A stretch of DNA of 54,804 bases, filler included, from Sphacelaria rigidula (lineage: Eukaryota), in the NCBI GenBank assembly GCA_964200075.2. It is 5 parts of 5 records of this genome, joined end to end, with 100 filler letters (N's around TTAATTAATTAA, not from the genome) between each part and the next. Parts side by side here need not be neighbours in the genome. Positions count along the whole stretch, not along the records: positions 21,964 to 32,844 come from CAXNAA020005747.1; positions 32,945 to 43,824 come from CAXNAA020005748.1; 3 more parts are not named here. One strand, written 5' to 3'. The notes beneath the pieces are model-generated. The model saw only the letters and a program-made list of their open reading frames with translations. It was not told where the DNA came from and did not search any database. The position numbers were made by a program, and so were the translations under genes. Each line of letters starts with the position of its first letter. The stretch's first letter is position 1. Below are positions 24,345-37,184 of this stretch, one piece after another.

Positions 24345-25860
24345 TCCAAGAAAACAGCACACATTGATATTGGTACTTTGAAAACGTAGCCCGTTATGCA
24401 AAAAGGGAGAACCGCTCTGTGGACATGTGCGCGTGTGTGAGCCGTACGTGAGCCGTACGTGAGCCGTACCGCACACATCGATATTCGTACCTTGAAAACG
24501 TAACCCATTACAAAAAAGGAAGAACCGCTTTGTGGGCATGTGCGCGTGTGTACGAGCCGTACAAGAGCCGTATGTGAGCCGCGCAAGAGCCGTATGTAAC
24601 CCGTACGTTAGCCGTACGGTGATCCGTAGGTGAGCCGTACGTAAGCCATACGTGTGCCGTAGTGAGCCGCACGTGAGCCGCACGTGAGCTATAGGTGAGC
24701 CGTACGTGAGCCGTACGTGTACCGTAGTGAGCCGCACGTAAGCCGCACGTGAGCTATAGGTGAGCCGTACGTAAACCATAAACGAGCTGTACGTGAGCTG
24801 TACCTGGGTGATACGTGAGCTATCTGTACATGAAGTATACGTGAGCTGTACGTGAGCTGTACGTAAACTGTACGTAGCTCTAGGTGAGCTGTACGGGAGC
24901 TGCGCGTGAGCTGTACGTGAGCTGTACATGAGCCAAATCAAGACGACAAACAGAAGAAAAAAGTGAGCTGTACGTGAGCAAGTGTTGGGATGACGAAAAA
25001 ACATCACGAGAGCTCCCCACGTGGTCCCCCACCGTAGTACTAGCCTGGCCTGACGCCGCTAGACTTCACAGAGCGGACGGGACGTGGTGCTATCGACGTG
25101 GTATACCCGGTCATGACACTCGCTGTTATCGTTTACTGTCAACCGTCACACGACCAATATTCACACCACGTACGATGCCGCCGCGCCAAAGAAAACGCTC
25201 TGTGGGCATGAGCGCCCGTGTGTGAGGTATGCGTGAGCAGAGTCTGGACGACAAACAGAAGGAAGAGAGACAGCACCTCGGTAGGCTAGTGGTCGAGAGG
25301 ACAGACAGAAGAAACAAGAGAAACAGCACCAGAGCTTCCCACGTGGTCCCCCATAGTAGTACTGGCCTGGCCCGACGCCGCCGGACTTCACAGAGCGGAC
25401 GGGATGTGGTGCTATCGACGTGGTACGGCCGTTCCTGGTTGTGGCGACACACGCAGCCCTCTTGTACTGTCAACCGTCACACGACTAATGCTCACATCAC
25501 GTACGATGCCGCCGCGCCAAAGAAAACGCTCTGTGGGCATGCGCGCCCGTGTGTGAGGTGTGTGTGGGCAGAGTCTGGACGACAAACAACAGAAGGAAGA
25601 GAAACAGCACCTCGGTAGGCTAGTGGTCGAGAGGACAGACAGAAGAAACAAGAGAAGCAGCACCAGGGCTTCCCACATGGTCCCCCGCGGTAGTACTGGC
25701 CTGGCCCGACGCCGCCGGACTTCACAGAGCGGACGGGACGTGGTGCTATCGACGTGGTACGGCCGTTCCTGGTTGTGGTGACACACGCAGTCCTCGTGGA
25801 CAGTCAACCGTCACGCGACCAATGCTTGCACAACGTACGATGCCGCCGCGCCAAAGAAAG
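24345..25860. repeat. Composite satellite: 11-bp minisatellite (GTGAGC[C/T]GTAC)n at ~24437-24980 plus ~3 tandem 320-335-bp units (~24940-25860)
   Basis: cagagcggacggga.gtggtgctatcgacgtggta recurs at ~25069, 25391 and 25724; dozens of gtgagccgtac/gtgagctgtac units. Confidence 0.9.
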
Positions 25861-26722
25861 CGATGTTTTTCCCGGCGTGTGTACAAGCATTGTGATAGTG
25901 CACAATGCAAATGGTTTCTGCTGTGTTTGCAGTGTTGTGCGCGTCAACCTTTGTTCGTTGGGGGCGTTGAACGTTCTTGCGTCTCATCTGCCCTAGGCAA
26001 GCACCGCTTTTCCTCGAGTCGCGGTTGATCTCTTGTTCGATAATGTGCAAGGGACTGACTGCTCTTCCGATTACATTTCAAACACTCAAATCTGTTTCCC
26101 ACCCCCTATCCACGATGGCTTTCACGATACGAGCAAGCTGGATTTTCCGATATCTGCATTTCAAGGGACCCCGCCACACGCATGTTTGAGCAGCCTCGCG
26201 TTCGCGTATCATGGCTCTTGTCGTTGTGGCGTTGTACCACAAGGGTTTCTGTGGTGAACCACAAATTCTCTGTGCAGGTGACGCCAAAATGTGATGATTT
26301 TGGATGCTACAGACAGGCTGGTCTCCATGCATCGAAATGCCGCTACGAATAATTGCTAGCGGAAGTTTTGTTTTGTATTTTCATTCAAATCTCGATAATT
26401 TGGACCGGATTTGGCCCACAAGAACTATACACCGCCTCGTTTTGTGAATTTGTCGCGCCCTACACCATGACCCACGTCTTTTGCTCCAGCGTCTCACCCG
26501 GAATGCCTCAACTATATTTTATTGTGCCCCGCTACGCTCTTTCATATTCTCGGGAAACCCACAACACCGCACTTTCATTTAATTTGTCCCTGCACCATGA
26601 CATGTCAAGCCCAGCGTTTCCTGCAGCTCGAGCGCTGTTGACAGTCATGCATCCTAGAAGGAATAAAGAGGGAAAAAAGAAACCATTGGCCACTGAGAAC
26701 AAACAAGAAGGACAAACACCGG

Positions 26723-27100
26723 TCAAAACCGTCCTTGCATCATGCCGAGCCAAATATTTTGCGCCTCAAATTCCAACTTGGCCAGCTCGCGCACAGTGGG
26801 GCGCAGCGATTGCACATGCGCCTCCACCAACGCCCTATCTGCTGCCCCCGACACCGTAGCCGCGCCTCTCTCCCCTATGCTAGTGCCATACTCCACACCA
26901 ACGTTGCTCCCTCCTGAGAGGCTCTCGGGAAGGGCGTAGGTGGGGCTTGGGCCCAGCTCTGGTATGGAGGCGTGTATGCGAGTTTCCACTGCCTTGAGCA
27001 GGCTTGGCTCGTCGTACCATATGGTACAGCCTCCCCTGTCAAGGGTGTTGCGGTTAGTGCAGTTGCGCCCACGATTGGCGCAGTTCTTGTGGTACCACAC
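26723..27100 (-). CDS. DDX1: DEAD-box RNA helicase DDX1, terminal exon
   Basis: aaacaaag|GTG TGG TAC CAC: VWYHKNCANRGRNC...GGCTIWYDE...HVQSLRPTVRELAKLEFEAQ, DDX1-like C-terminus; TGA at 26725-26723. Confidence 0.9.
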   Translation of the reverse strand: MWYHKNCANRGRNCTNRNTLDRGGCTIWYDEPSLLKAVETRIHASIPELGPSPTYALPESLSGGSNVGVEYGTSIGERGAATVSGAADRALVEAHVQSLRPTVRELAKLEFEAQNIWLGMMQGRF

Positions 27101-27847
27101 CTTTGTTTGCAACCGGGGGGGGGGGGGCCAAGAAAATATTGTCAAGTTTTTAGGCAAAACATGATACTGTATAGTACATACATTCGTGTGAACCGGTCAT
27201 GCGTGGTGACAAGTATCGTTTTTCATCATGTCAATCGAGAACGAGGGAAGCATCACCGCCCCCCCCCCCCGAGTTCTTGCATACCATAGCGGAGACTCGA
27301 CACACGGACCAGGTACCTTGAACAGAGGGAGTCGGTGCCCACCTTGGTGTTTATTGAATCCACACGAGTATTATATGTGATGTCCTATTGATGGCACAGA
27401 AACAAGTAGACTAAGCACGCAGTAGTTTTCCACCAATCTTTTGTTGAGCAAAAATTCGGGATCAAAATCTGACCTTTGGATGATGACTTGACATGTGTAA
27501 CACTATCAATACCAAGGGAAGGTGAAGAGAAACCACTGGTTCATCATGATAGTGTCATTCGATGTATACAGACGTCGCCCGTCCCGACGTGCAGAGCAAG
27601 AGCGCGGCGTTCCCGTGCTGGAATCTTGTCAGAGAGAGTACGGCAAGCCTCGCGACGTGGCCCAATCCGCCAAGTCTCGTTTGCGGGCAAAACTTGGCGC
27701 CGAATTGCCAGGGTAGGTATTGCTCAACGAAAATGTGTTCATACTTAGCGTTGTGCTCGGAGTGTCATGAGAATATGTGACCGTTCTATCTCATGTAAGC
27801 TCGAAACCTTCTGACCGTTGGTTCGTGGGTTCGGATGTCGGTGCAGT

Positions 27848-27965
27848 CACACGATCTGAGATTATTTCTCATACGATGCCAAACAGTGGAGAGCGACCAT
27901 GTCGTGGGTACAAAAAATTCGACTTGACGGTCGACGAGGAAATGATGCTGCTGAGCGCCTCTCGC
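27848..27965 (+). repeat. Dispersed repeat family R3 in DDX1 intron; second copy ~34590-34705
   Basis: cacgatct..gatt.tttctca...atgcc.aac..ag.ggagagcga.catgtc.tggg.ac..aaa.tcgactt..ggtcgacgagga shared by both copies. Confidence 0.7.
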
Positions 27966-28305
27966 GATAAAAAACAAGGCAAGCACCACAGGAGGAAGGT
28001 GGAGTACGAAAACAAAATAAAAAACTCCTGTGTTGGCTATCCTCCCATGACCCCGGCTGATAGTAATATATCAAAATGTGGTGACGTAAACCCGCAGAAA
28101 CTACAAAAACTCCACATCCTCGACAAAAGAATACAGTCAAAAAGTGCGCTGCGTCGAGTATCGACTATTGCGCCTATTGCAACAGACAGTAGATTCCAAA
28201 CCGTACGCAGTACATTTTTTGACAATAGAATCCATCGTCTAGGGTGTGAAAAACTCCTTCGTCAATGAAGCGAACAAACTCATTCCAACATCTCCGTGAG
28301 AGTAC

Positions 28306-28521
28306 CTTTTCCCTGCAGCCATTAGCAGCAACAATAGACACCGCCAAACCCAGACAATCCTGCCGCCCAACGCGGCCGATCCTGTGGATGTAGTTCTCCG
28401 GCTCGTCGGGCAGCGTCATGTTGACTACAAAAGGCAGACCCTTGATATCCACTCCTCGGGCGGCAACATCCGTGCAGATGAGGAATCTCACATAGCCATC
28501 CTTGAAGGCCTGCAAATTGGA
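28306..28521 (-). CDS. DDX1: DDX1 exon with helicase motifs V and VI
   Basis: tag|[71 protein letters not shown]...REK|gtactc; 216 nt, phase 0/0. Confidence 0.93.
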
Positions 28522-28759
28522 CTACATTTTGTTGTACCGGGTATGTGTATTTGATGGAGCCAGGGGGGGGGGGTTCCGACAAGCAAGCAAATAAGCAATC
28601 AAGCAAAAATATATAAACATAGGTAAACTTTTAATGATGACGGTTGCAAATAGTAACTGCGCGTGAACGAGAGGTGTTGACTCCCCTCTACCCTCAACAC
28701 TGCTGAGGGATTTATGCCCTTTCCATACTCGTAGTTGGTAGTGTCCACACATGATTTCA

Positions 28760-29154
28760 CGTTCTATTATTTATTTATTTTCCTTTCTTTCATTTTTCTT
28801 TCATTTTTTGCATGTTTCTCCTTTTTGTTTCTGACTACGAGCTGGAGTGTTGCAATCAGCTACGTTATGCACGATCATCATCCTTTTTGTCTTTGTTCGT
28901 GCTTGTGTTTGTCTTTGTGTTTGTCGTTATTTTGTTGTTACTGCTGTTGTTTGTTCCTGGTATAGTTTGTTGTTGTTGTTGTTGTTGTTGGTGTTTTTTG
29001 TTGTTATCGCTGCCCCCTTTCTTTCCTTTCTGAGGCCGTTGTTTCTGTCGTTTTTCTGCCCCCTTCTCTCTTTATTGCAATTTTTTCATTATTCTGTTCT
29101 ATTTTTGCTGCTCCTGACCATGGGCTGGATTGTTGCAATCAGCTAATGTGAGAT

Positions 29155-29185
<31 letters not shown>
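28760..29185 (+). mobile_element. Retroelement 3' end: T-rich low-complexity tract, (TTG)n, duplicated gctgga.tgttgcaatcagcta motif and (AATC)n tail
   Basis: cctgaccatgggctggattgttgcaatcagctaatgtgagat followed by ~7 AATC units at 29155-29185. Confidence 0.55.
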
Positions 29186-30762
29186 GATGGGATATAATCG
29201 TGATGGATATGTCGACGGCTTCACTGACACTAACCCCGAAAAAAAAAGAAGGTAAAAACATGTGCATATGTGCATATTGTTGGGGGGGCGTGGGGGCGGG
29301 CAATTTTGTACACGCGGGAATCGTGTCGCCTGTACAGTACCTATTCGCGTGTTGGTCACACACAAGGAGGGACACACGAAAACCCGCCCTCGAGTGTACC
29401 GACTTGTTCCATGCTGCACTTTACACAGACCACTGGAGGCATCGACCACAAGATTGGCAAAGAGGCGTGTATGCACTGAACCGTAACCGTACCACTGAAA
29501 GCTCAACCCTCCGACTCGTTGTCGGTTCTTAACTGCGACCGCTTGTCGGATCCTTACAGCAACATCATCCGTACATGCAAAACCTAGGTACACAACAGTT
29601 CGCATTAGCACCCACCCATTGATTGGTTTGACTGATTTAATCCGTCTCACACGATCAAGCAAGCGCTACAAATCCGGACAGTCGTATTATAGTTGCAATA
29701 CATGAGCGTACGTAGACCAATATAAAAGAAAATCATCGGAGACAATCGAATACATGAACCGTTCACAGACCGGACCTCCGGAGACCAAAGAGCTTTGTAG
29801 GATCCTCATACCCTGGAAGGTGAATCATCGAACAGTGGCGAGTTCGGTCCTGTGCCCCGAACCCTCCCCCCGTCAAACACGTGAATGTATGCAGCATCAT
29901 TGCTCACGCCGTTTCCCTTCAGGGTCGGTGTTGAGGTGGAAAGTTTCACAAATCGGACAGTTTGTGAGCTATTATTATTGATAGCTCATCTACCGGCTGT
30001 AGCTACGTGCAGCAGCTCATGCAGGGCAAACATACGTCGCTTATGTAGCTCTCATGGCTCAGTAGGGAGCTACGCTCAAAAAGAGCTGGCTCGAGCTACA
30101 GAGAGGTCATCTATCTGACGTGTGAGAAGCTTCAAGCTTCAAGAACGCGAGAGCCCGCGACGGTGTCGTGGCTACTGCCTACTCCAAAATCAAGAGGCAT
30201 TGAAACACGAACTCTATGTGCACATGGGTTAGGCATGCATCAGCCCCTCGAGATCCAACAAAGGGAGACTAGAGTAGGCGCCAACAGACCAAAACAAACT
30301 CGGCCATACGCTGTAAATGAAAACATTGGTTATCCCTATAACTTTGCCCACTCCTCCCGTAACATCACCTATGGAACTCCTCCCTCAACACCACTCACAG
30401 TATATACCATCCTCTCCCAGACCAAACCAGAACCAGTCGGCCAATTCTGATTCAAGTTCCCTTTCTTCCGCAATCCTCAGACGTATCTCCAACTGAACTC
30501 AGTCGCCCACAGCCGTATTTCAGGTGGCGATGTACACGACCTCCTGAGATATGACTCTTGCGGACCCCACTGTTTAGATGCTGGACACTACGTACCCCTG
30601 TACAGTATTTTAGATACCAACACGATGCCGACATCGCCAAAATCTGACCACCCAGGGGTGCTATGAAGGGGGTGGTATCCCACGTGCCGGCGATACATAT
30701 CATCACCTACGGAAACGGAAACCCTTAGTCCTATCTCTCAGTCTGGAATCTTGGTTTCTCAC

Positions 30763-30907
30763 CCGTCGCTCATTGGTGGATCTCATTCCAGCCAGCACAC
30801 AGCACGAAAAAGGATTTTCCTTGCCGCTGTCCTTGGCACCGGAAAACCGCTGCCCGCCGCCGACCTCCGTCAAGAATGCTTCGAGGAGATTGCAATCTAA
30901 GTTGGTC
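30763..30907 (-). CDS. DDX1: DDX1 exon (end of motif IV region onward)
   Basis: aag|G ACC AAC TTA GAT TGC: (R)TNLDCNLLEAFLTEVGGGQRFSGAKDSGKENPFSCCVLAGMRSTNERR|gtgaga; splices in frame to 28521. No upstream exons recognised on this contig. Confidence 0.85.
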
Positions 30908-31093
30908 CTTTATTTGGAGGAGGAAAAAAAGACAGAAAATGCGTGAAAAACAAACAACACAAATGCAGCTACGTTTGGAGCAGTCTGTACATAGGTTGTT
31001 AACCAAATAGCTGAAAACTGAAGGACCCGAGGAACTCAGACACATGCGTCGTTGCACCGCGGAAAGCTACCTTAGGTTATGGTAGGGAGCACC

Positions 31094-31225
31094 CCATTGC
31101 CGGAATCAATGGATTTGGCAAACCATCTGTTGATAGCCATTGCCGTCAATACATTTGGTGAGCGATCTACGGATAGCCAATGCCGTCAACAGATTTGGTG
31201 AAAAACTCTATTGATTGCCTTTGCA
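31094..31225. repeat. Degenerate ~40-bp tandem repeat (3-4 units)
   Basis: (gatagc)ca.tgccgtcaa.a.atttgg repeated. Confidence 0.55.
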
Positions 31226-32234
31226 CATGCATCTGGCGGTTTGTATCGATGGACAACGCCACCAACAGTAGGCTTGTCATCCATATAATCTGTAGGGCAA
31301 TGACCTAGAAAACGTATCCCTTATCGTGTTTTGCCTGACAAAGGTACGAAAAATGGCCAGAAAAGCGAAAACAGCGAAACACGCCATTTTGACCGTTTTC
31401 GCTCCCATTTTTTCACGCACGTCATTCGAGGGGGCCATTGGCACCCAAGCCTGAAAAAAAAACGGGGAAAAAAACATGTTGCTCGCGAGATATGGCCAAG
31501 CGAAAACGGACGTCTCGCCTCCAGAAACCGCTCACCCTTTCTAGGCCAAATTTCGGCCAGGTATACCTGATCTAGGAGTTATTTTTCAATCGTACCTTTT
31601 CTGGGCCATAGATCTGCCGAGAACATACCTGTGCTAGGCCATCGCTCTCTACACTGTACCTGATGCGGCACATCGCACGCAAGGGAGTCTACGCGCCAAC
31701 TCCAACCATGGCGCCGACACATTCGGCTCTTTTTCTGCTCATTTACCGTTCATGGACGCCACAACGACCACGCCCCTCTCTCCCCGGAAATGGTACCCGA
31801 GTCTCTCCGCATCGACACAATAACTGGATTCACAGCTCCACCGCGTCGGTCTTTTGTGATCCGGTGGGTTGTGGAACACTGTTGTACTGTTGCGATCTCG
31901 GGGCTAGTGTCAGGGTCAAGCTGGGCTCTTCCACCACCAACGGGCGGTTGTCGCATCATCGATGGTTGGTTCAAGCAACGGATACAGTCGTACTGTTCGT
32001 CACGCATATAGGGATAGGGACACAACAGTAATAGCGTCAAATCAGCGCGCGTCTTCAAATCCACGTAGCACTGCGATCCCACAAGGTCCAATCAGACGAA
32101 ATACCATTTTGTACGGTAGTCCTGCCTTTCTTTGCAGCTTTTAGTCATTCGCACATCTTCTGCAGACAAAAACCGAACTTTTCGGCGGCCGTTGGTGATT
32201 GCTATTCACGGCCCTGATGGACGTGATGGGTGTG

Positions 32235-32443
32235 TTAACCCTTAGACCCGAGGGTAGTTCATCTGGATCATGCATACTTTTTTCAAGTGAAGTTGATGCC
32301 GATTCAAGAGATGTCCTATTCTCGCCATCTAAGGGTTAACCCTTGGACCGCGATGCGGGTAGTCCATTTGGATCACAATACTATTTGCAAGTGAAATTGA
32401 TGCCGATTCAGCAGGTGACCTACGGTCGCGGTCATAGGGTTAA
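32235..32443. mobile_element. Tandem pair of ~100-bp piggyBac-like MITEs sharing a central TTAA
   Basis: TTAA|CCCTTAGA...TCTAAGGG|TTAA|CCCTTGGACCGCGA...TCGCGGTCATAGGG|TTAA; units 32239-32335 and 32340-32439 are homologous; a third left end at 32733. Confidence 0.85.
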
Positions 32444-32844
32444 CTGTTGAGCTAAAAATGCCCATGGTTTATATTCCTATATTTGACTGTCTACGACGAG
32501 GATCGGATCTCTAGTAGGGCTGAGAGTCCCGTGTGCTCCTCGCATGCGCAAAACGCGTTTTGCTTGCAATCGGCGCCGATTCGAGGTCTACCAAGGCACG
32601 CACTTTGCCAAGCGAATGCCATGTACCGCCCTTGCCCAAGAGTTCTCGGTATGCGTTGGGCTGGGATTAGGATTCGGGGTAGCGGTACTCGTAAAATTAT
32701 GTCAACCATGAAGATTTGTAGCCCAACACCGGTTAACCCTTAGACCGCGATGCGGGTAATCCATATATATAGATAAGGTTTCACGGTTAGGACAAATCAT
32801 CACGACTCAAAATCACCAAATTCACGATTTCTTCGGCCCGATTG

Positions 32845-32944
32845 NNNNNNNNNNNNNNNNNNNNNNNNNNNNNNNNNNNNNNNNNNNNTTAATTAATTAA
32901 NNNNNNNNNNNNNNNNNNNNNNNNNNNNNNNNNNNNNNNNNNNN
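32845..32944. other. Artificial contig spacer
   Basis: Same 100-bp linker. Confidence 0.98.
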
Positions 32945-35386
32945 AGCTACAGCACATGAGAGCGGACGTGAGTGTGTTTGTGCTGCAGTACAGTAAAACA
33001 AGACATGTTACATGTTTTAGTTCTTCGGCTAATTTAGAACAGGCCCTCAGTCTGTGCAGGGTGCCGATCTCGAACGCTCGGGCATGATCGCGCTTCGCGC
33101 AAATAATTTAATTTACTACAAAATTATCCCATGTATGATTGCTGTGCCCAAGATTTGGTATGTACAGAGTGCACAAGGCCACTCCTCACTACGGACCAAA
33201 ATAAAAATCTGGACGGGTGCCTTTTCGGAGCTTTCACGTCGTTTTATGCCTCAAAACGGAGCTAGACGGAACTTGACACCTTGGAATGACATTGTTCACG
33301 AGTTAAGGCGGTCCCAGGACATTTTCCCGTTTCCGGTGGCCGAATTTTCCGTTTTGGCTCAACAGGATTTTTCGTCCGAGAACGGCAAAAAACGGTATTT
33401 TCCAGAAGAGAGTGGCAATTTCCCGTCGGTTTGATTGTTTTCACCCTTCTCAAACAAAAATTCTTGTTCGGCCAAAAGAAAAACTGCAACCACCGAAGAA
33501 CAGGGAGATGTCCTGCAACCACCTCAATTATTAGGGCATATCATTCCATGGTGTCGAACTCCACCTAGTGCTATCTAGGGGCGAAAAACAACGTGAATGC
33601 TCCAATATAACGCTTCTTCAGATTTGTATCCTGTCCAGTACCCAATATTCCATATGTCAGAACATCGACCTGCGGAAAGTTTCTTTTTTTTTCATGCCTG
33701 TCGAGCTCACCAATGCGGAGATCGATGCGGAGATCGATTTATCTCCGCCCCTATTTTTTGACTGGACGGGCCTCTGTGCGCTATAGAAAAATGTTGATGA
33801 AACACGCGATGTTCCCGTCACCGCTACTACTGTTCTCTTGTCACACACATGCCAGCAAGGATGAGCTGCGACGAAAACAATGGATATATCGAATTTTAAT
33901 TTGGGGGGGTGCTATGCATCGTTGATTTTACCCGACATGCATGTGAGCGACCCTCTGGGTGCACAACGACAAGAGCGTGCGAGACGCCAGTTGGGCGGGG
34001 AGGGGGTATGATTCGTCCACTTGTGAGACTTTTACGACATGTGGAGTGAAAAAAATATGTACGGCGATTCAACTGTTGCTAGCGTGGTGCAGAGCGGTAC
34101 GTCGATGCTGCGATCTGGAGCACGCGCTGGCTGCGTGAACACCTCGATGCAGTTGCTTCCCAAGATTAAGTCCCTATGTGGAGGTCACGCATTGCAACCT
34201 GGGGCGAGATATGACCCGCCGAAGAACAAGGGTGCTCTGTGATCAACCACTTGCCGTTGCATTTTGACACCCACGCCATCAACCGCCGACCGCGAGGGTC
34301 TCGTGGCTTTCAGGCAACGCTGGCGGCATGACCGCCGGCAAACCCATCATAGCTATATGTCGTCGCTCCACTGGACCGGCTGGCGTCTGCACATGGGTCG
34401 CTAGGCGTTGCTGCATTCACCACATTTAGCAATCTCCGTGAAAACAAGACAGTTCGGTTTTCCCCATTACATTCAGATGATCAAAAGGGCTCTTGTGGTC
34501 TTCGTTGCTCCGTTTTTACAGTCTCGCCCCCGTGGCGAAGTCGGTGGCCTTCAACGTTTTAAAGACTTGCACGTAGCTTCACAGTGAAGACACGATCTAG
34601 GATTTTTCTCACAACATGCCCAACAACAGCGGAGAGCGATCATGTCATGGGGACACGAAAGTCGACTTCATGGTCGACGAGGACGAGGGACCGCTGAGCC
34701 ACGTCGATCTCCAAATCTATAGCGGCGAAACTACTTCAGGTCGCGGAAGCAGCACGTTTGTTCATACATGGAGGAACAGTAGTCCTGACAACTCTTCGAC
34801 CCACAGCCGAACATCGTGGAGAGCACAACAATCATGTGCAGGATACAGTAGAACCTTTGCACCGAAAATATTACTCCAGAAACGTAGCGCAGCCGATGAA
34901 GAGCTCAGCGAGCTCCAAATACTCAACCCTGCAGCATCAAGGAGAATGAGAGGGAAAACTACCACAACGGCAACCTAGAGTTGACAGAAAGTGGACACAC
35001 GCATCAGGGAAGGATCTACATAAAAAACAGGACAACGGTCGCGACCAAAAACATGGAAAAAATACGCGCCCAACACAAAAAAACAACTGTTGCAGCAGGT
35101 GCTGACGAGATGCTTTCAAAGCGTGGGCATTCTACTCCAGCCCTTTATAGAAGCAGAATTCAACAGAAAAAAGGGTGCATCCATCTCGCACCCATCTGTT
35201 GGGAAAGCCCTCACTTTGCACGCGAATGGGGGCGAGCTCGCGAGGGACCGTCAGCGGCGAAATAATTTACCTCCTCTGTTCTTCCCTGCTTCAAATAACC
35301 CGTGTGTGTGCGGCACGCCATTCGGGGGTCAAATGCTGTCCACCAAGTACCAACAAGTACGATTTGTCAAAATTTCCTGGGATTCC

Positions 35387-35434
35387 TCAGTGGTGTTGCG
35401 CCGCCGCCTTCTTCGCTGCCTGCGCCCTTTTCAT
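35387..35434 (-). CDS. Type III metacaspase, probable terminal exon (MKRAQAAKKAAAQHH*)
   Basis: gaacag| acceptor, phase 0, TGA at 35389-35387. Confidence 0.6.
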   Translation of the reverse strand: MKRAQAAKKAAAQHH

Positions 35435-35899
35435 CTGTTCCGAAGGAAACATAAGATGATAAATAAATAAAGCAGCGACAAAACGCGCACAGGAGCGTGA
35501 GAGCGAAACGTGAAATCGTAAAAAGATCTGATGGCGGATATCACCCGTGAGTCGTCAACACATCATCTAGAAACATCTCTCCATAACCGTCCCTCGTACA
35601 TCGTACGTGGGCTTTTTAGGGAGCTGCCATTGACCGTTCCACAAAAATATGCGGCCAAGTACTCGAAAAATTTCTCCGGATTGTGTATGACGCCAATACG
35701 AATGTGGCTGCATTCCACCCCGGTTCTTTCATCCACCACGACAGGAAAAAAATCAGAACAATTCGTACAGGGGTATTTAATTTTCCCATTTCCTCATCCG
35801 AATCAGGGATCCATGCTAAATAGACAGATGGCGCAACAACCGACTGGGGGTGTGTGTCAGCGATGGTTGGTGGGAAAACTAGATGCATCATGCACGTAC

Positions 35900-36073
35900 C
35901 TTCTTCATGTTGAAGTTGTTCTTCTTGTGTGTCTTCGGGCGGGCGCCTCCTGCTACTGCCTGCAGTTCGTTATCGTTGGCGTTGAAGGTGTAGGGAAGAT
36001 CGAGGATAGACCCGCTGTGGCAGCAGTCCATCACCACGGTGAGGGTGACGCCCTCATCCAACGGCAACACCAG
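35900..36073 (-). CDS. Type III metacaspase exon with catalytic Cys (DCCHSG)
   Basis: ttgcag|[34 protein letters not shown]...NMKK|gtacgt; 174 nt. Confidence 0.93.
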
Positions 36074-36328
36074 CTGCAAGTCCAAGACATGCGTGAGAGG
36101 TGAACGGGGAGGGGGGGGGCGGGGGGAAATAGAGACTGCTGAGAGTAGCATAAAGAGGAAGTCCAACCCCCATCAAATGACGATGTTGGCAAATGTTTTG
36201 CATTCAGGTCAGGTCAGGGCACAACGGATGACGTGTTCACTTAAAAGACATGATGCACAGTACCGTATGCTGCACTACAAAAGTGAGTGTAAGTCGAAGA
36301 AAAATAAAGGGAATTAGAGTTGGCTCAC

Positions 36329-36447
36329 CTTTTCGAGGATCTCATCGTCCTTGATCTGTCCCGACTTCTGGTAGTCGATTGGGATCATCGTTTCGTCTTT
36401 GTTGTCCTCCTCGTCGCCCGTCACGTCGCGTACGGATCCACCGTGCC
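36329..36447 (-). CDS. Metacaspase exon with catalytic His (GHG) and acidic Ca2+-binding loop
   Basis: ggcag|GG CAC GGT: GHGGSVRDVTGDEEDNKDETMIPIDYQKSGQIKDDEILEK|gtgag; 119 nt. Confidence 0.93.
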
Positions 36448-37131
36448 CTGCCCGTCCAAAACACATCGATTAGGGTGAGCCCTACACGATCACGGACGCG
36501 CTTCTCGGCGTTAACGCCACCTCACCCGGACGAGTTTCCCGATGAGTTTCCCGATGAAACCCAGCAACCGCGCAGACGCTAGGCATGTCAGTTTACCACA
36601 CCGATCACGGAGCGCATCACCTAGGTCACCCGGATAGCCCGTCTCCACTTCAACGCTGACTGAGACGGCCATGCCATGCCATCAAAAGATGTCTCATTGA
36701 AAATGTCTTTTCTACCTCTCGTCGTCAAACGAGGTGTTTCGGCAGTGAAGGATATTAGATTTTGTATTTTAGCGCGCCCCATCCCTCTCCCCACACCTCC
36801 CCGGCCTGAATGATGGAAGTCCTTATTGGACGATAACCGCCCTGAAGCCATTGTTCACCACCGCCGAGACGTGAAGAAACAATGTCACCATTCTTCTACA
36901 ACAAGGAACAATGGAGCAATGGGTGCATGGTTCACAGACAGCGGGGTGCGTATTCCACATTACCCGCCATAGAGCGCTTGGCGATTTCCAGCCGTATACG
37001 AAACAATTCCCGTGGCGAAGAGGCGGGCAGCCCAGTGCAACACACGAAGTCCCTGCGCGACCATGCTACACCAGTGGAAGCCGCAAGTATAGAATGTGTC
37101 ATCCCCAACAGAAATCTGAACCGCGACTCAC

Positions 37132-37184
37132 CTGAGTAGTGCATGAAAAGCGAGTCTCCGGGCTTGGCCCCCGCGATCAGCCAC
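37132..37184 (-). CDS. Metacaspase exon (WLIAGAKPGDSLFMHYS)
   Basis: ttcag| ... TCA G|gtgagt; phases 2/1 fit both neighbours. Confidence 0.92.

Noticed and set aside
24246-25007. 253-aa ORF with LTYG/HVR repeats
   Set aside because: Translation of the 11-bp minisatellite; no domain signature.
24940-25860. CRISPR-like regularly spaced repeats
   Set aside because: Whole 320-335-bp units are duplicated, there are no unique spacers or cas genes, and the context is eukaryotic.
28735-29146. Hydrophobic membrane-protein ORFs
   Set aside because: Artefact of T-rich low-complexity sequence in a DDX1 intron.
28510-30762. Missing DDX1 micro-exon between ERR and AFKDG
   Set aside because: Using the tag acceptor at 28524-28522 supplies SNLQ and restores the expected spacing.
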